Below, piece by piece: positions 13,838 to 26,933 of a stretch of 64,000 nt of DNA. The translations under genes were made by a program, and so were the position numbers. The stretch is from Prorocentrum cordatum (lineage: Eukaryota), in the NCBI GenBank assembly GCA_963575745.1, contig CAUYUJ010000281.1, forward strand, positions 62,001-126,000. The letters run 5' to 3'. The number at the start of each line of letters is the position of its first letter. Position 1 is the first letter of the stretch. Below the pieces are notes generated by a model. That model did no database searches. It was given only the letters and a program-made list of their open reading frames with translations, and was not told where the DNA came from.

Positions 13838-14302
13838 TATGGGCCACGATCCGCGTGAGTGGTGTGCCAAGTTGGGCGGGGCGACGCCATGCAAACCGTC
13901 CCACTGGGTGCCGTAGGTGGAGCTGCCGAGGGGGCACCATGCACGTGAAGAGTGTGCCCAGAAAGGCGTGGCAACTCCATGCGTATCCTCCAGCTGGGGC
14001 CGAAGGTGCAGGTGGGGCACGAGCCGCGTGAGGGGTGTGCCGAATTGGGCGGGGCAGCGCCATGCAAACCTTCCCATTGGGAGCCGTAGGTGAAGCCGGC
14101 CCGCGCGAGGTGTGCACCGAACGGGTGACAGCATGCTCCAGACAGCGCAACATCGCGGCAGGAAAGCGAGGAGAAGGAAGGAAAGAGGAGGGTGGTTCTG
14201 ATGCGCTTGGCTCAGAGACGCTCTGAAATGTGGTCCTGCTCGTTCCTGGTGTTCCAAACCCGCGTGTGCTGTTGGGCCCTCGATTTGAATCAATCCTTCC
14301 TC

Positions 14303-14887
<585 letters not shown>

Positions 14888-15307
14888 CTCCTCCATGCGC
14901 TACTGTGGGGAAACCAAATGTACCCATACCGCTATTCCCCGTAACTCTCCATGTGTGCGTTCTGACACAAATTTCGCGGCGAATCGAGCGGTGGCGACGA
15001 AGGCCTCCCAAGAGGCCCCAGAAGGCGAAAACGAGGCGGGGGTAGCGGGCTTGGGTACCTTTTCATCCTCTGATGCTGCTCCTCCTTCGTCCACTCATCC
15101 TCTTGCAGACGCGGCACATCCCTGAGATGGCCCCGCGACATGCCCGGCCCCGTTCGGGGGACCTCCTGACCCGGGTCAATCTAGACCCAGGTTTATCGGG
15201 CTTTGCAGGATCCTGCAAGATCCAGCACGCAAGCCTGGGTCAACGCAGCCCTGGCTCTGCAAGGTCCTGAAAAAATCCCGCGCTGTGACCGATCCCCGTC
15301 TCAATCG

Positions 15308-15494
15308 GGGGCGGCAAAGAGGGGGGTGTCCAAGAGGGGGGGGTGCAAATCATGACCGGCGGCACGTGCGCGGCCCAGCGGGGGGCCAGGGACGTGATGG
15401 AACAAGAAGAGGCGCCATGAAATCTGGGGAAACATCATGGCCCCCGCCATGACATCCGCCCCCCCCTGGTCATCACCCCCCTCTTTTCCGCCCC
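15308..15494. repeat. Dispersed repeat G with inverted ends; second copy at ~44282-44597
   Basis: Shared gtgcaaatcatgaccggcggc...ggcgccatgaaatctggggaaa; ends ggggcggcaaag / cttt(t/g)ccgcccc. Confidence 0.7.
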
Positions 15495-15556
15495 CGGCTC
15501 AAGGCTCCCGATCCGCACGGCGCCGTGCCTCCCCGGGCGCTCCACCCCGGCGACGC

Positions 15557-15606
15557 CTGGTGCGCTCACGAGTCCGTGCATGGCCTCCGCCTTCTTGACT
15601 GCAGCC
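15557..15606 (-). CDS. Host gene micro-exon E (R-AAVKKAEAMHGLVSAP-G)
   Basis: cag acceptor, AG|GC donor, 50 nt, phase-compatible on both sides. Confidence 0.8.
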
Positions 15607-15819
15607 CTGCGCGCACACGCGGGTGGAGGAGGAGGAGGAGGAGGAGGAGGAGGAGGAGGAGGAGGAGGAGAACAGGAAAGGGGAGGAGGGAGGAGGGAGG
15701 AGGGAGGAGGGAGGAAGGAGGAGGGAGGAGGGAGGCGGGAGGAGGAGGAGGAGGAGGAGGAGAACAGGAAAGGGGAGGAGGGAGGAGGGAGGAGGAGGAG
15801 AACAGGAGGGAAGGAAATG

Positions 15820-18800
15820 GCGGCCTCGATACTGATAGCTTTCTCGATGTGTCGGGGCGAGGGCCGCGAGAATCGTGAGCGAAGGTGCGCGGGTATGGAG
15901 ATGCTTTTGCAGAAGCTCAAAACTCTGGGCCCGATGATCACAGAGATGGCAATCACCTCGATCGGGGTGAAGATGACCCCCATAGAAACGCGACGTTTCG
16001 ATGCACCTGCCCCCTCGCGCGACGCCCAGGAGAAAGCGTCGCTGCGCTGTCTTGACACAACTGAAAACCGTAAGGCAATAGGGGCACACAATCGTAGTCA
16101 CGAGCCTGGTCCATATACCTCTCTGCCCATGCTTTGCCATGCGATGCTGTGTAGCAGCCTTGTACGTGTCAAAGCAGGCTGTGCACTCCTCCCCCGTCTC
16201 CGTCCGATACCCGCATATCCATCCTCCTCCGCCTTCCATTGTGATTGCTGTAGCTGTTGGTTGCGTAGGTAATGTTTCCCTCCTCCACCCTGGCGGCTGT
16301 ATAGCTGACATGCAGACCCCCTTTCGTAACACCGTGAAATCCTGCATCAAAAACTCCCGCTTTACGTCGTCATCCGTGAAAATGTGCGCCCACCCCCCCA
16401 TGTGTACATGTGCCCAAGCATCCGCCCTCGTCATCAAGTCCATCCACTCCCTCGAGAACGTCAGAGACAAACTGTCGTGCCCATGGATTTGCTTCGGTCG
16501 AAACTGAGCCCTCGCACAAGGTCGGCATCTCTTCGAACGGGAAGCGCCCGAACGCAGAGGTGAGAATCTGGTCATTTTTCCACTGGTGGGCGACCGTCGT
16601 CTGCATCCTCTCCAGGCGCCGCACCCGCATCTCGAGGCTCGCGGGGACCATGCGCCAATGCTCCAAGACTTGCGCCGTGCTCAATGATCTATGTTCTGTG
16701 CCGCTTGCTGTTTCGACTTGTTCATGGGCAGCGCCTCTCGTTGCAGGACGTGCATATTCGGCTAAAAGATGATCTAGTCCTATGCGCTGTTGCTGTGAGC
16801 ATACGTATGCTCCATTAGAATGTAGGGCGGTGTTCTGCACACAACAACATAAAATAATACGTTTGACTCGCCACGGCGTTCGTTTGAGGGGCCAAAACAC
16901 CTCTGGGAATAAAAAGCCGCCGCCGCCTTCTTGCGATAGCTGAATTCAACAGCGAAGCTACAGTTGGGTCCTATGCGCCCCCCCAAGTATCTGGCGCGCG
17001 CGCGCAGTGCGAGGCAGGGAAGGCAACTCCTTGCACGCGGCGGCCCCTTGCATGGCCCCCGACCCCGCCCCAGACGGAACCGGTAAAACTCGTTGATTGC
17101 TCACGTTCTGTTCGCGCCGCACCTCTGCGAGGGCCGTTTGGAACGCCTGGACATACTGGCGCGCCATGCACGGGCCCCCCATCAGGCCGCCGCAGCCTGA
17201 CTGAAAGCAGCGGGGGCCCTCTTCGGACTGATGGCATACTGCTGCTTCCTCGAATCGCTGGCACCCGAGTCGCTCGAGCCCATCCTCCATGAATCCAAGA
17301 GCGGCAGCGCGCATGCCGGCCCACTTCGCACCGGCAAATGCGTTGGTGAGATCATGCAAGTGGACGAGGTCAAAGCGGCCAGCGCGACGGTTTCGCCGCA
17401 TCATAATGAGCGAATTGGCAATGGCATTATCCTTGCAACTGCGTGGCAGGAAGCGCAGCACTTGGGGGGGCATCTCTGGGGTTTCGGAGCGAGTGGAGTA
17501 CCAGCCCTTGCCGAGCGGAGGAAGGAGGTGGATAGTTCGCAACCCCGACGCCGCGCCCCCCAAACTGGCGCCGCCCCTTTTCGGGCCAGGAAACGCCCTG
17601 ACTCGAGTGCCAAAAAACCAGAGTTCGCAAACCAGTGCGCACGCGCAAGCACGCACCCTCCAGATGAGATCGGGAAATGGGGGCCGACGCAACAGGCTCT
17701 TCGGCACCTACTCCTCTACTTCGAAACAAGGCCACCGCGGGCGGGGCCAGCAACATCGCCAAAAGCTCAACAAGGGCAGCCCGGCGCTGGACCGCCTTCC
17801 TTTTTGGGGCCCGCAAGACCCACCTCTCGAGTTTTCGCGACATCGGCCCGCGCTTTCTTGCGTTGCCGCTCATCAAGACGGGAAACAGAGTCAGGCGCAA
17901 GATCTTCATCCACGCGGGCTCGAGCATTGGATCCAGGAGGGCGCGAGAGTCGTCTGCATGCCACCCTCGCTTCCCAGCTTGGAGAGCTGATCTACGGAGG
18001 TGCCGCCTGCGCCGCAAGCGCCGCAAGCGCCTCGATTCCAGAATCGACGGAGGCGCCGCCTGCGCCGCAAGCAGAGGCCGTCGTTTCGTCCCGTAGTTGC
18101 CCCCAGCAGCCTGTCGCGCCAATCTACGCAGATCATGAAGCTTTCTCTGTCGCCACATCTCCCGCGTCTGCTCGATCGCGTCTTCCTGAAAGGCCCCCCA
18201 CTCAAGATCGCGCTCGCGCCGCATCTGACGAGTCAACTGTCTGAGCTCTTGGGAGACTCGGGCCTCTTCGGAGACGACGGGGGCGCTATATGGGCTGGTG
18301 TCAGCCTCTTGCGTAGTGGAACTCGCCGTGCTGAGTGCAATGCGGAGTTCCCGTCGGCGGTGGGCGAGATCGCGCCGATGGGCCGGTAGCTCGGCGCGAC
18401 GTGGGTCTGCCACGTGGTCAAGCAGAAAGAAGTCCTCAACCTCCTCCATCATGGCGCCTTCCACGTGCGCCCACAATGCATCTGGTAGCGCCCGCGTCGT
18501 CAAGTCGCGCATCAATTCCTGATCGGCGGACAGGCGGTTCTCAACAGCATTGATATACTCGTCTCGCTCAGGCGCTCCATAACATGCGCCCATCAGCTTG
18601 TTGCGATCCCATCGGAGGCGAACCGTCGCCGCCCTTTGTGGTTGAGACCATGCAGGTCGCCGAACTTGCGCATGAACAAACTGGCGGTCCCGTTTGGCCT
18701 TCGTCGGCATGAGTTGCAATCGACGCGATCGCTGATGCGGGACGCCTGCGCTGTTGCAGTGCAGCGAGGTCGGTAGGCACATGTAGTCTATGAGGCTCTC

Positions 18801-19547
18801 CGCGTCGCCCGTTCCATACCATGTAGATTGTCCGTGCTGTGCCGTCAAATAGCGTGCCTCCAGTAGTTCTCGCATCAGCTGGCCCGCCACGTGTTCGGTG
18901 CGCTTGCCATCCTCAAATATGGCAGGCGTCTCCTTTCTAAGGGAAGAGTGTGGCGGGGATATCCTCATGCCGTCGTTAAGACCCATACATGATACAGTGG
19001 CCGATCTGCTAGGCGTCCGTGCGAGGATGCCCGCCACCCAGCTCACCAGGGCTCGAACCGTGCGGTGATACTGCCTTCCCTCCTGCTTGGTCTTCACCCT
19101 CGGCGAAAAGTAAACACCAATGAACGTGAAACCATACACCGCGGAAGATAAGCGGGCAGACAGCCCGCGGCCAGCCAGTTCAGGACCTGGTACATCCACG
19201 CGTCGAAGGTGACGTTGTTTGATATTCCTCCCGAAAGCCATCGTAATCCCAGCAGCATGATTCGTCATCTGGCCTGGCTTCCAGCCCGCCTCGATCTGCC
19301 ACCGTCTCTCCAATCTCCGTTGTTGGACTCTAAGATCAGCCCGAAGTCCCGTGCCCACTAGTGTCACACAATCAAAACTCGCACATGCCAAGTTGATATC
19401 CTCCTGCCGATCGCGTCTGGATGAAGAGAGGGGGCTCAAATGTCCGCACCGCCACACGTGTGGCAGCAGTGTGGGCTGGTCTGGTTCTGTCCCCATCGGT
19501 CTCGAACATTTCTCCAGCTTGAATTGGAGGCAGGCCCCTGCGGCCAT
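15820..19547 (-). mobile_element. Degenerate LINE (APE-RT-zinc finger), heavily mutated
   Basis: ORF 17427-19547 has decayed APE motifs (VTLVGT, IGVYFSP, MGLND, STWYG, LIDYM). ORF 16958-17707 has RT-like LHDLTNAF and GGLMGG. ORF 15499-16575 has CTACFDTYKAATQHRMAKH and CPYC. The 3' end abuts a (CCT)n tract. Confidence 0.8.
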
Positions 19548-19814
19548 GATTCATGATGGTCACCAGCAACCCGTGGTTCATCCGAAACCCGACAAATCAT
19601 GTGGGTGGAAACATGATGTTCGGTCTGAGCCGCCGCGCCCTCCTGGGAGCCCAAACGGCGGCTGCGCGCGAGGGGGTGGAGGGAGGGGGGAGGGCTGCGG
19701 CTGCTTCTTAGAAGGCGCCGGCCCTACATCTACGGATATGGCCCGCGGTTTCTAAGAAGCAGGGTGTTTCTAAGAAGCCCTCCCCAACGCCCCACCCCCC
19801 TTTGCGCGTGGCTG

Positions 19815-19845
<31 letters not shown>

Positions 19846-20361
19846 CGTTTCTGCGTGGCGTCGCGGCTGCGCGCGCGGCGGCGCGGCGCAAAAGTCGGGC
19901 GGAGGGACGCGCGCGGCCCATGTCGCGCGAGCACACAAACTCACGAGCACGCGCACGCACGCTCGCACGCACCACAGCAAATCGATTTCTGAAGTCCTGT
20001 GCAGAAGGCGACGCGTGGGAGAGGCGCGCCAGCACCACACACGACCAGGGGAAAGGGGAGAGCAGGGTTCACATTGAGTCAATGATGTGCGCTTGTACAT
20101 GGAGATGGCCCTGAACACCCTATTCTCGATGCGAGGAGGGGCACCCCACGATCACACCTGCATCCTCCTCAAGGCTGTCGTCGTCTCCGCTCCCTTTCTC
20201 ACCGTGGCCCCTCTTCCTTCGTCCTCGTCCTCCTCCTCGTCCTCGTCCTCCTCCTCGTCCTCCTCCTCCTCCTCCTCCTCCCTCTCCTCCTCCTCCTCCT
20301 CCTCCTCCTCCTCCTCCTCCTCCTCCTCCTCTACAATAACTCAATATGAATATACTCTCCC

Positions 20362-20770
20362 TCTTCCCCTGATGGCGTCCGGGCGATAGCCGCGCGCCCT
20401 CCGCGTACTGTTATTTTACACACCGGATGCCCGGAAAATCCCGGGAAACGACTCTCGCTGAGGCGCCGGCGTCATTTTTTCCCAAAGTGCTGCTCCCGCG
20501 CCGGCGTCATTTTTTCTCAAAATGCTGCTCTCGTTGGGGCGCCGGCCTCATTTCTGCTCCCGAATCCTTCCCCTGATGGCGTCTGGGTGATAGCCGCGCA
20601 CCCTCCGCGTACTGTTTTTTACACACAGGATGCCCGGACAATCCCAGGAAACGACTCTCGCTGAGGCGCCGGCGTCATTTTTTCCCAAAATGCTGCTCTC
20701 GTTGAGGCGCCGGCCTCATTTCTGCTCCCGAATCGTTCCGAATCGCGCTCCCGCTGCAGCGTGGGCCTCA
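20362..20770. repeat. ~205-bp tandem duplication with internal ggcgccggcgtcattttt subrepeats
   Basis: cttcccctgatggcgtc...ccgcgtactgtt recurs at ~20363 and ~20567. Confidence 0.8.
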
Positions 20771-20871
20771 TTTTCGGATCGGTGTTTGGCCTCCGTCGTT
20801 CAGGATGGCGTTCTCGCCCCAGCGCGGGCCTCTTTCTCGCGCGCCCATCCGCCCGCCACCACCGCGCACCG

Positions 20872-21027
20872 CACCACCACCACCACCACCACCACCACCA
20901 CCACCACCACCACCACCACCACCACCACCACCACCAGCACCAGCACCAACACCACCACCTCACCACCACACACCACCATCACACCACACAGCACCACCAC
21001 ACCACCATCACCACACACACCACCACC

Positions 21028-21058
<31 letters not shown>

Positions 21059-21140
21059 CCACCACCACCACCACCACTACCACCACACCACCACCACCAC
21101 CACCACCACGACAACCACGCACGCACGCACGCACGCACGT
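20872..21140. repeat. (CAC)n microsatellite
   Basis: Direct inspection. Confidence 0.95.
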
Positions 21141-21379
21141 GCACCACCACCCGCTACGCACGCGCGCGCGGAGCCACAGGTCCGCTACGACACGCGTCCG
21201 CGGATAGAGAAAATCAGCGCCATGCTAAGGGATGGGAAGGAGGGGTAGGACGTCAGATATGACGCGAGCGCACCTAGCTTGCCTCCTCCCCCTCCCCCTC
21301 CCCATCCTGCTCCTCCTCCCTCTCCCTCCTCCTCCTCCTCCTCCTCCTCCTCCTCCTCCTCCTCCTCATGAAGCCCGGC

Positions 21380-21423
21380 CTGAACTTGTCGGCGTGGCAG
21401 CCCGGGCACGGATAGCCGCCGTC
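21380..21423 (-). CDS. Host gene micro-exon D (DGGYPCPGCHADKF-R)
   Basis: aag acceptor, AG|GC donor, 44 nt. Confidence 0.78.
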
Positions 21424-22530
21424 CTTGCGGGGCCACGGCTTGGTGCTCGCAAGGGCGCGCCCCCCCCCCCGCCGGGCCTCCCGCCGTTGGCCGGCCAAGC
21501 ACAGCACGTATAGCGCTGGGAGGGCAAGCGACCTCGCACAGCAGCACTCCAATGGGCCACCCCCTGGGCACCCTCCCTCCGCACCCGCTGGCCTCCACGT
21601 CCTGCCCAGTCTCCGATGCCCAACAGAGGGACGGATGGCAGCTCTCCTCTGGGCCACCCCCTGGGCACCCTCCCTCCACACCCGCTGACCTCCAAGTCCT
21701 CGCCAGTCTCCGATGCCCAACGGCAGTTATTTGGAAAAAGAAAAGCGCCATAAGCATAACCTTTTGGCGCTCTGCGCAGATTTCTTGGATCTGCGCTGGA
21801 CCCCCCTCCCTGGCGCGCTCCGCGCGCCAGGGGCGGCGCTGGAAGCGCCGCCGGGGTGGGGTCCCGGCGCCGATCCAAGAAATCCGCGCGGAGCGCCAAA
21901 AGTTTATGCTCGTGGCGTTTTGTCTTCGAGGTATGTGCGACCATCGTCGTCGCGGGCAGTGGATCCGGGGACGGGGGAGGAGGGGTACGGTTTCCCCCAG
22001 GGCCGTAGGCAGCCCGAGGAGGAGGAGGAGGAGGAGGTGGAGGAGGGAAAGGGGGAGATGGAGGAGGAGATGGAGGAACAGGAGGAGGAGGAGGAGGAGG
22101 ACGAGGAGGAGGGGAGGAGGAGGAGGAGGAGGAGGACGGGTGAGAAAGGAGGAGGAGGAGGAGGAGGAGGAGGAGGAGGAGGAGGAGGAGGAGGAGGAGG
22201 AGGTGGACGAGGACGAGGACGAGGACGAGGAGGAGGAGGAGGAGGAGGAGCAGGAGGAGGAGGAGGTGAAGGAGGAAGAGGAGGAGGAGGAGGAGGAGGA
22301 GAAGGCATTTGGCCCACGAGGAGGCTGAGCCTTGAGCGTGCCTGGAGAGGCCGCGACACTGATACCGTAAATGACTTTCTCTGCTGTCACATTATGTTTC
22401 TATCACGGCGCGTGAGCCGCGCTGGCTTTGGCGCCAACGCGAGCGCCGTCACAGAGCGCGAGTGCTCTTGTCTCTTTACAAAGCCCAGTCCCTGTTGAGA
22501 AGCCACCATAGTTCACCCCATGTTCTGAAG

Positions 22531-23934
22531 ATGCCGACAGGACCTGGATACCAGTGGGACTGCTCGTGCGGACGCTACGTTCGAGGGCACCATTGGGCAT
22601 GTCTATGTGGTCGTCGGTGCGAGCAACGAGTACGGGGACACACCCCTCAGCCTGGTCGCCCTCATCAACCCCAGCGGCGGGACCAGAGCCGCACCCGCAG
22701 GGAAGCGCAGCGAGATATACAACGTGACCAGGAGAGGAAGGAGATGAGGCAGGAGCAGGAGGAGATCAAGAGGTTTCTTGGCAAAGTAGTCACGATGAAA
22801 CGTTCTGATGCAGTACAATACATGGAGCTCATTGGCTATGATCACGTCCCCACTGATATTCCAGGGATCAAGAACTACAAGGCCAGGACAAAGCAGAGGA
22901 TGTTCGAGATTGCGAGACTTATCATTGTGTCCAGAAAAGCAAGAAAAGAGGACGCCACCCATTACATCAAGGAGGTGGCCTGCTTGAAACATATGATGAG
23001 CACGACGGAGCGTTTAACGGATCAGCTCACGGACCTCAAAACAAAGAGGGACAAATGTCAGACGTATCTGAAGTCGCTCACCACCAGGATCAACGAGATT
23101 CAGCTTCAGTACAGAGACGCCGAGAACGACCTAGTGGCATGGAAGGCCGCAATAGATGAACTCGAGGAGCTGGAGGACTATATGGTCGGAGAAGAAGATG
23201 CAGCTATGACGGGAAAAGGTGCGTTGCATATGCCACCAACAGGCCCACAAGGAGCAGCACCAGCCGCAAAGGCACCTATGCCGCCACCGCCACCACCCAT
23301 GCCAGCCGCGGTCGGAGTCTCGATGCCAGGGCCCTTCTACCCGCAGATGATGCAGCATATCTTTCCACCGTCGCCTCCAGTCGTACCTCAGCAGACTGAC
23401 GCGGAGATCAAACAGTTATCGGAGTTGGTCAAGATGCTATGCCAGCGCCAGTGTCATACGGACACGCAGATGAGCACCATCATTACCCACCTCCAGCATC
23501 GGCAGCAGGTTGGTTCAGATACGGGGACGTCGGGAACTCCAGCGACCGCAGTGCCACTTTCACCGACGAGTATTCCCCCCGCGCAGCCGAGCCCCGCGAC
23601 GCCGATAGGAGGGCTTCCCACGCCTGTTACTCAGATAGAGCATGACGGCAACGAGATGAAGGTCGATCAGGCCTCGCCGACGGAGGTCGCGGAGGACCCC
23701 TACGGCGTGAAGGCTAAGGATGAAGCTAAAGATGATGAAAAGGAGGAGATAAAGGGACCTGAAGATATGAGCGCCCCGTTTTTGTCTCCGACCCAGCCTT
23801 TTTTTCCTGGGGCCCCGACGCAGGAGGATCCGCTTCTGCGACTGGTGGGGGGGGCCCCGAGGAGGCCAAAAGCCCGCCGCGAAAAGAGGCCAGGATTGCC
23901 TAAGAGTGGTCCGATTTGGGACCAGCGAATTTAG
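22531..23934 (+). CDS. LINE ORF1-like protein (N-terminal Cys/His cluster, coiled-coil-like middle, Pro-rich C-terminus)
   Basis: Open frame from first ATG at 22531 (MPTGPGYQWDCSCGRYVRGHHWACLCG) to TAG at 23932-23934. Heptad-like stretch LTDQLTDLKTKRDKCQTYLKSLTTRINEIQLQ. Lies directly upstream of ORF2. Confidence 0.8.
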   Translation: MPTGPGYQWDCSCGRYVRGHHWACLCGRRCEQRVRGHTPQPGRPHQPQRRDQSRTRREAQRDIQRDQERKEMRQEQEEIKRFLGKVVTMKRSDAVQYMELIGYDHVPTDIPGIKNYKARTKQRMFEIARLIIVSRKARKEDATHYIKEVACLKHMMSTTERLTDQLTDLKTKRDKCQTYLKSLTTRINEIQLQYRDAENDLVAWKAAIDELEELEDYMVGEEDAAMTGKGALHMPPTGPQGAAPAAKAPMPPPPPPMPAAVGVSMPGPFYPQMMQHIFPPSPPVVPQQTDAEIKQLSELVKMLCQRQCHTDTQMSTIITHLQHRQQVGSDTGTSGTPATAVPLSPTSIPPAQPSPATPIGGLPTPVTQIEHDGNEMKVDQASPTEVAEDPYGVKAKDEAKDDEKEEIKGPEDMSAPFLSPTQPFFPGAPTQEDPLLRLVGGAPRRPKARREKRPGLPKSGPIWDQRI

Positions 23935-24553
23935 GGCCTTCACACCTGGTGATAATACCTCTCTCCTGGGTATGCATACTCCTCCCCTCTCCTCCACCAG
24001 GGTGAAATCTTGCATGAAAGGCTCGAGATCTAGGGAGTTAGATCCGAATGCGCCTTCAGTTGTTTCTTGTGGGGATCTTCCAGCACGCACCCACACCCAC
24101 TTAGCAGATGCAAGTCCAGATCCGCTCGTGGGGATCCACAGGCGTCGAACTGGCAACCAGTCTGAGGGAGGGGGAGATGATCGGGTGGGAGTGACCGATC
24201 AGTCCTGGAATAGGCGCTTTGCCAACAATAGGTTTGCGCCACTGTTTGAACTGGAATCTGATGTGCATGACGTTGATGAAAGGCAGGACATGGGTCATAT
24301 GTCCGCCGATTTTGAAGGAGACGCTTCGCCTGGGTCGGACGGCGGAGCAGCGTCAGCTGAGACTAATACCAGTTCCCACACCTTGCCTCCTCCTCACTTC
24401 GCACAATTGTGGTGCCCTTTCGAGCGGGGTCCGACAATTACGGAACTTGTCTCCTCTGTCCCTCCGATGCCCTGGGTTCTCGACCTTCCTGGGGACCTTC
24501 CTGTAGAATCCACATGGGCCCTGGGGCTCTGTACTGGGCGTGAGTCATGGGGG

Positions 24554-25025
24554 GAAATCTCTTATTTCACAGACGGATCCCTGAGGCACGGGGACGATGA
24601 CACGGGAGCGTGGGCCGCAGTGAAAATCGCAGAAGATGATGCTGGTGTCTCGTTCCAGGGTGTTTGGGCAGCCCCCTTTGTGACATCCTTCCTCACGTCG
24701 AGAGCTCGGGGGTCTCTAGACAGCACGGACATCGAGTGCGCGGCGGTCGCATGGGTCCTCCTTGGCATCATCAGCGACAGCGAGCACCCGCCTGCCGCGA
24801 TCTACACGGACTCGAAGAATGTGTGCAATTACTTAAGCGGCGACGCTCCGGTTCGGGATGAAAACGTAATTGCTCGCATGTTGCAGATTATTCACGATAT
24901 TGCTCTCACAGCCGCTCGATATAGGTGGCCTGATTATGTAGGGGACCCCATTAGAGTCCTCCATATCAGGGGCCACGAGGGGCACCCATGGAACTCGCTT
25001 GCGGACCATCTGGCCAACCTCGTGG
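24554..25025 (+). other. RNase H domain of ORF2 (N-terminal to the endonuclease)
   Basis: YFTDGS...STDIECAAV...IYTDSKNV...LHIRGHEGHPWNSLADHLA matches the D-E-D-(H)-D RNase HI catalytic pattern. Confidence 0.88.
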
Positions 25026-25252
25026 GGCTCGGGAGGTGGGGACCCTGTTTCGTTTCGCCCGTTTGGGCGCAGGCGACCATGTATGAGTCCCACCGTGAGT
25101 GGGAGTGGCTCTCGAGACCCCCGCCAGACACTGTGGGCACCTTCCCCGTCTTGGAAGATAACGGTTTTTGGGCCCCTCCCTTGGATGGCTCTGCTGACGA
25201 CCTCGGGCACCGCCCAGCCCTGCGCAGCAGCAAAGCTACCCATTCACTAAAC

Positions 25253-26035
25253 CTCAAAGTTGCCTCCTTCAATGCTAAGAGCGCTGCTGTTGCCAAGCGC
25301 AGGGGGCGAAAAGGAAAATTGAGATTCGCTAGGAACCTGGCCATCAAAGCCCAATTTGATTCCGAGGGCGTCCATCTAGCGGGCGTCCAGGAGGCCCGAA
25401 ACCCTAGGGGGGCCTACAATTCAGGAGCTTTCTACGTAATCTCGTCTGGCCATGAGGCAAACGAGCTGGGTTGTGAGCTTTGGATTAACTTAAAGCTGTC
25501 ATACGGTCAGATGAAGACCACCCCACTTTTCTCCGATAAAAAACACTTTCGTGTGATATCCGCCGCCCCGAGGTGGCTGCTCGTTGCCATTTGTGCTCCT
25601 GGCCTAGTGCTCAATGTCCTGGTGGCGCATGCGCCGCATTCTGGTTCGGGGGTGGCCGCTCGGGCCGCTTTCTGGGGCGAGATACAGAGGCTTCAGGATT
25701 CCTTGGGACCGGCGCTCACTTTTGTGGACGCGAATGGGAGATTGGGTAATATCACCTCCTCTTCGGTTGGGAGTGCGGGGTTCACCCAGGACCAGGACGA
25801 AGGGGGCGAGTGCTTACATACCTACCTGCTCGCAGCCGAGCATCGGGCGATCAACGCCTTTCTTGGAGCGATTGACGACTGGACGTGGGAGTCGACTCGC
25901 GGCTACCGACACAGGATCGACTACGTGACTGCCCACCATTGGCTTGCTAACCACGCCCTCACATCCGACGCGCTTCATTCACTTGATAAGCTTTCTTTAC
26001 ATGTGGACCACCAGCCAGTGATTGTTGTTTTCTCT
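25253..26035 (+). other. APE-like (exonuclease/endonuclease/phosphatase) domain of ORF2
   Basis: VASFNAKS, AGVQEAR, VAHAPH, VDANGRLG, WTW, RIDYV, DHQPV motifs in the expected order. Confidence 0.9.
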
Positions 26036-26933
26036 TGGCAAGCTTCGCAGGTCCGCCAGATCCCCAGTTCAAAGAGACTCGATAAGACTGCTTTCGAGGA
26101 CCCTGAGAAGATTGCCATTTTCAAGCAGGAGCTTAAGGCTTTCGCCTCCTGTCCCGTGGTCGGTCACCGTCTCAGAACATCATGTTTGGGCTGTTTCGGT
26201 TATCAAGGAAGCGGCCGTCAAGGCCTTTGGAGTGGCCCCACGGAGGCCGAGAAAGAGCTATGTCTCATCGGCTTCACTTGACCTAGTCACTGCTAGAAGG
26301 GGTGCCCTTCGGGTCCTCAAGAAGATCTCTTGTGCCCCCTGTGGTGATCATGAAGCCCGTCTGTGTTTGTTACGCTTTCGGGGTAGACTGAGACATGGGG
26401 ACATCCTAGGTGTTGCTATGGATCCACGAGCTGACACCTGGAGGCAGGCCTATCTGCTTCTTGAGCTGGCATTGGCCAGGCTGGCTCATGGGGTGAGCAC
26501 CGACCTGCAAGCGACGCTTGCTATGCAGCAGTTTCTTCTCGATACAGACGTTTCTCTTTCCCTGTCTCTTGAAAAAGACAAGTGTGATCACCTTGATCTG
26601 AAGGCCTCAGAATTGCAGGGGGCCCGCGATTTCGGATTGCCTAAGCAGGAATGGGAAAAGGCAAAAACCATCTTGCTTTTCGGGGGGAGGGCGCCCAAGA
26701 TACCCACCACCTTCCCATTTGCGACGACATCGGACGGACGCCCCCTGGTCACAGAACAAGACGTAGCCGACAACCTTCAGTTGCATTTTGCCCAGGCTGA
26801 GAAGGGAAGAGTGACTGATGAGCTCGATGTCAAGAACCATTACAACAAAATGCTGCCCTTACTTCGTGATGATACCCCCCGAGACATAGGGCAGTTTCTC
26901 ACTAAGTATAGCTGAGTCAGTCTGTTGAGGAGT

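Noticed and set aside
24002..24024. Similarity to 16334-16356 (MQDFT..GVC on the minus strand of both LINEs)
   Set aside because: Only 19/23 nt, in opposite orientation relative to the elements; this level of match is expected by chance in a 64 kb self-comparison.
26913..26915. TGA as programmed readthrough or alternative genetic code
   Set aside because: Single instance in a copy that also has frameshifts; simple mutation is more parsimonious.
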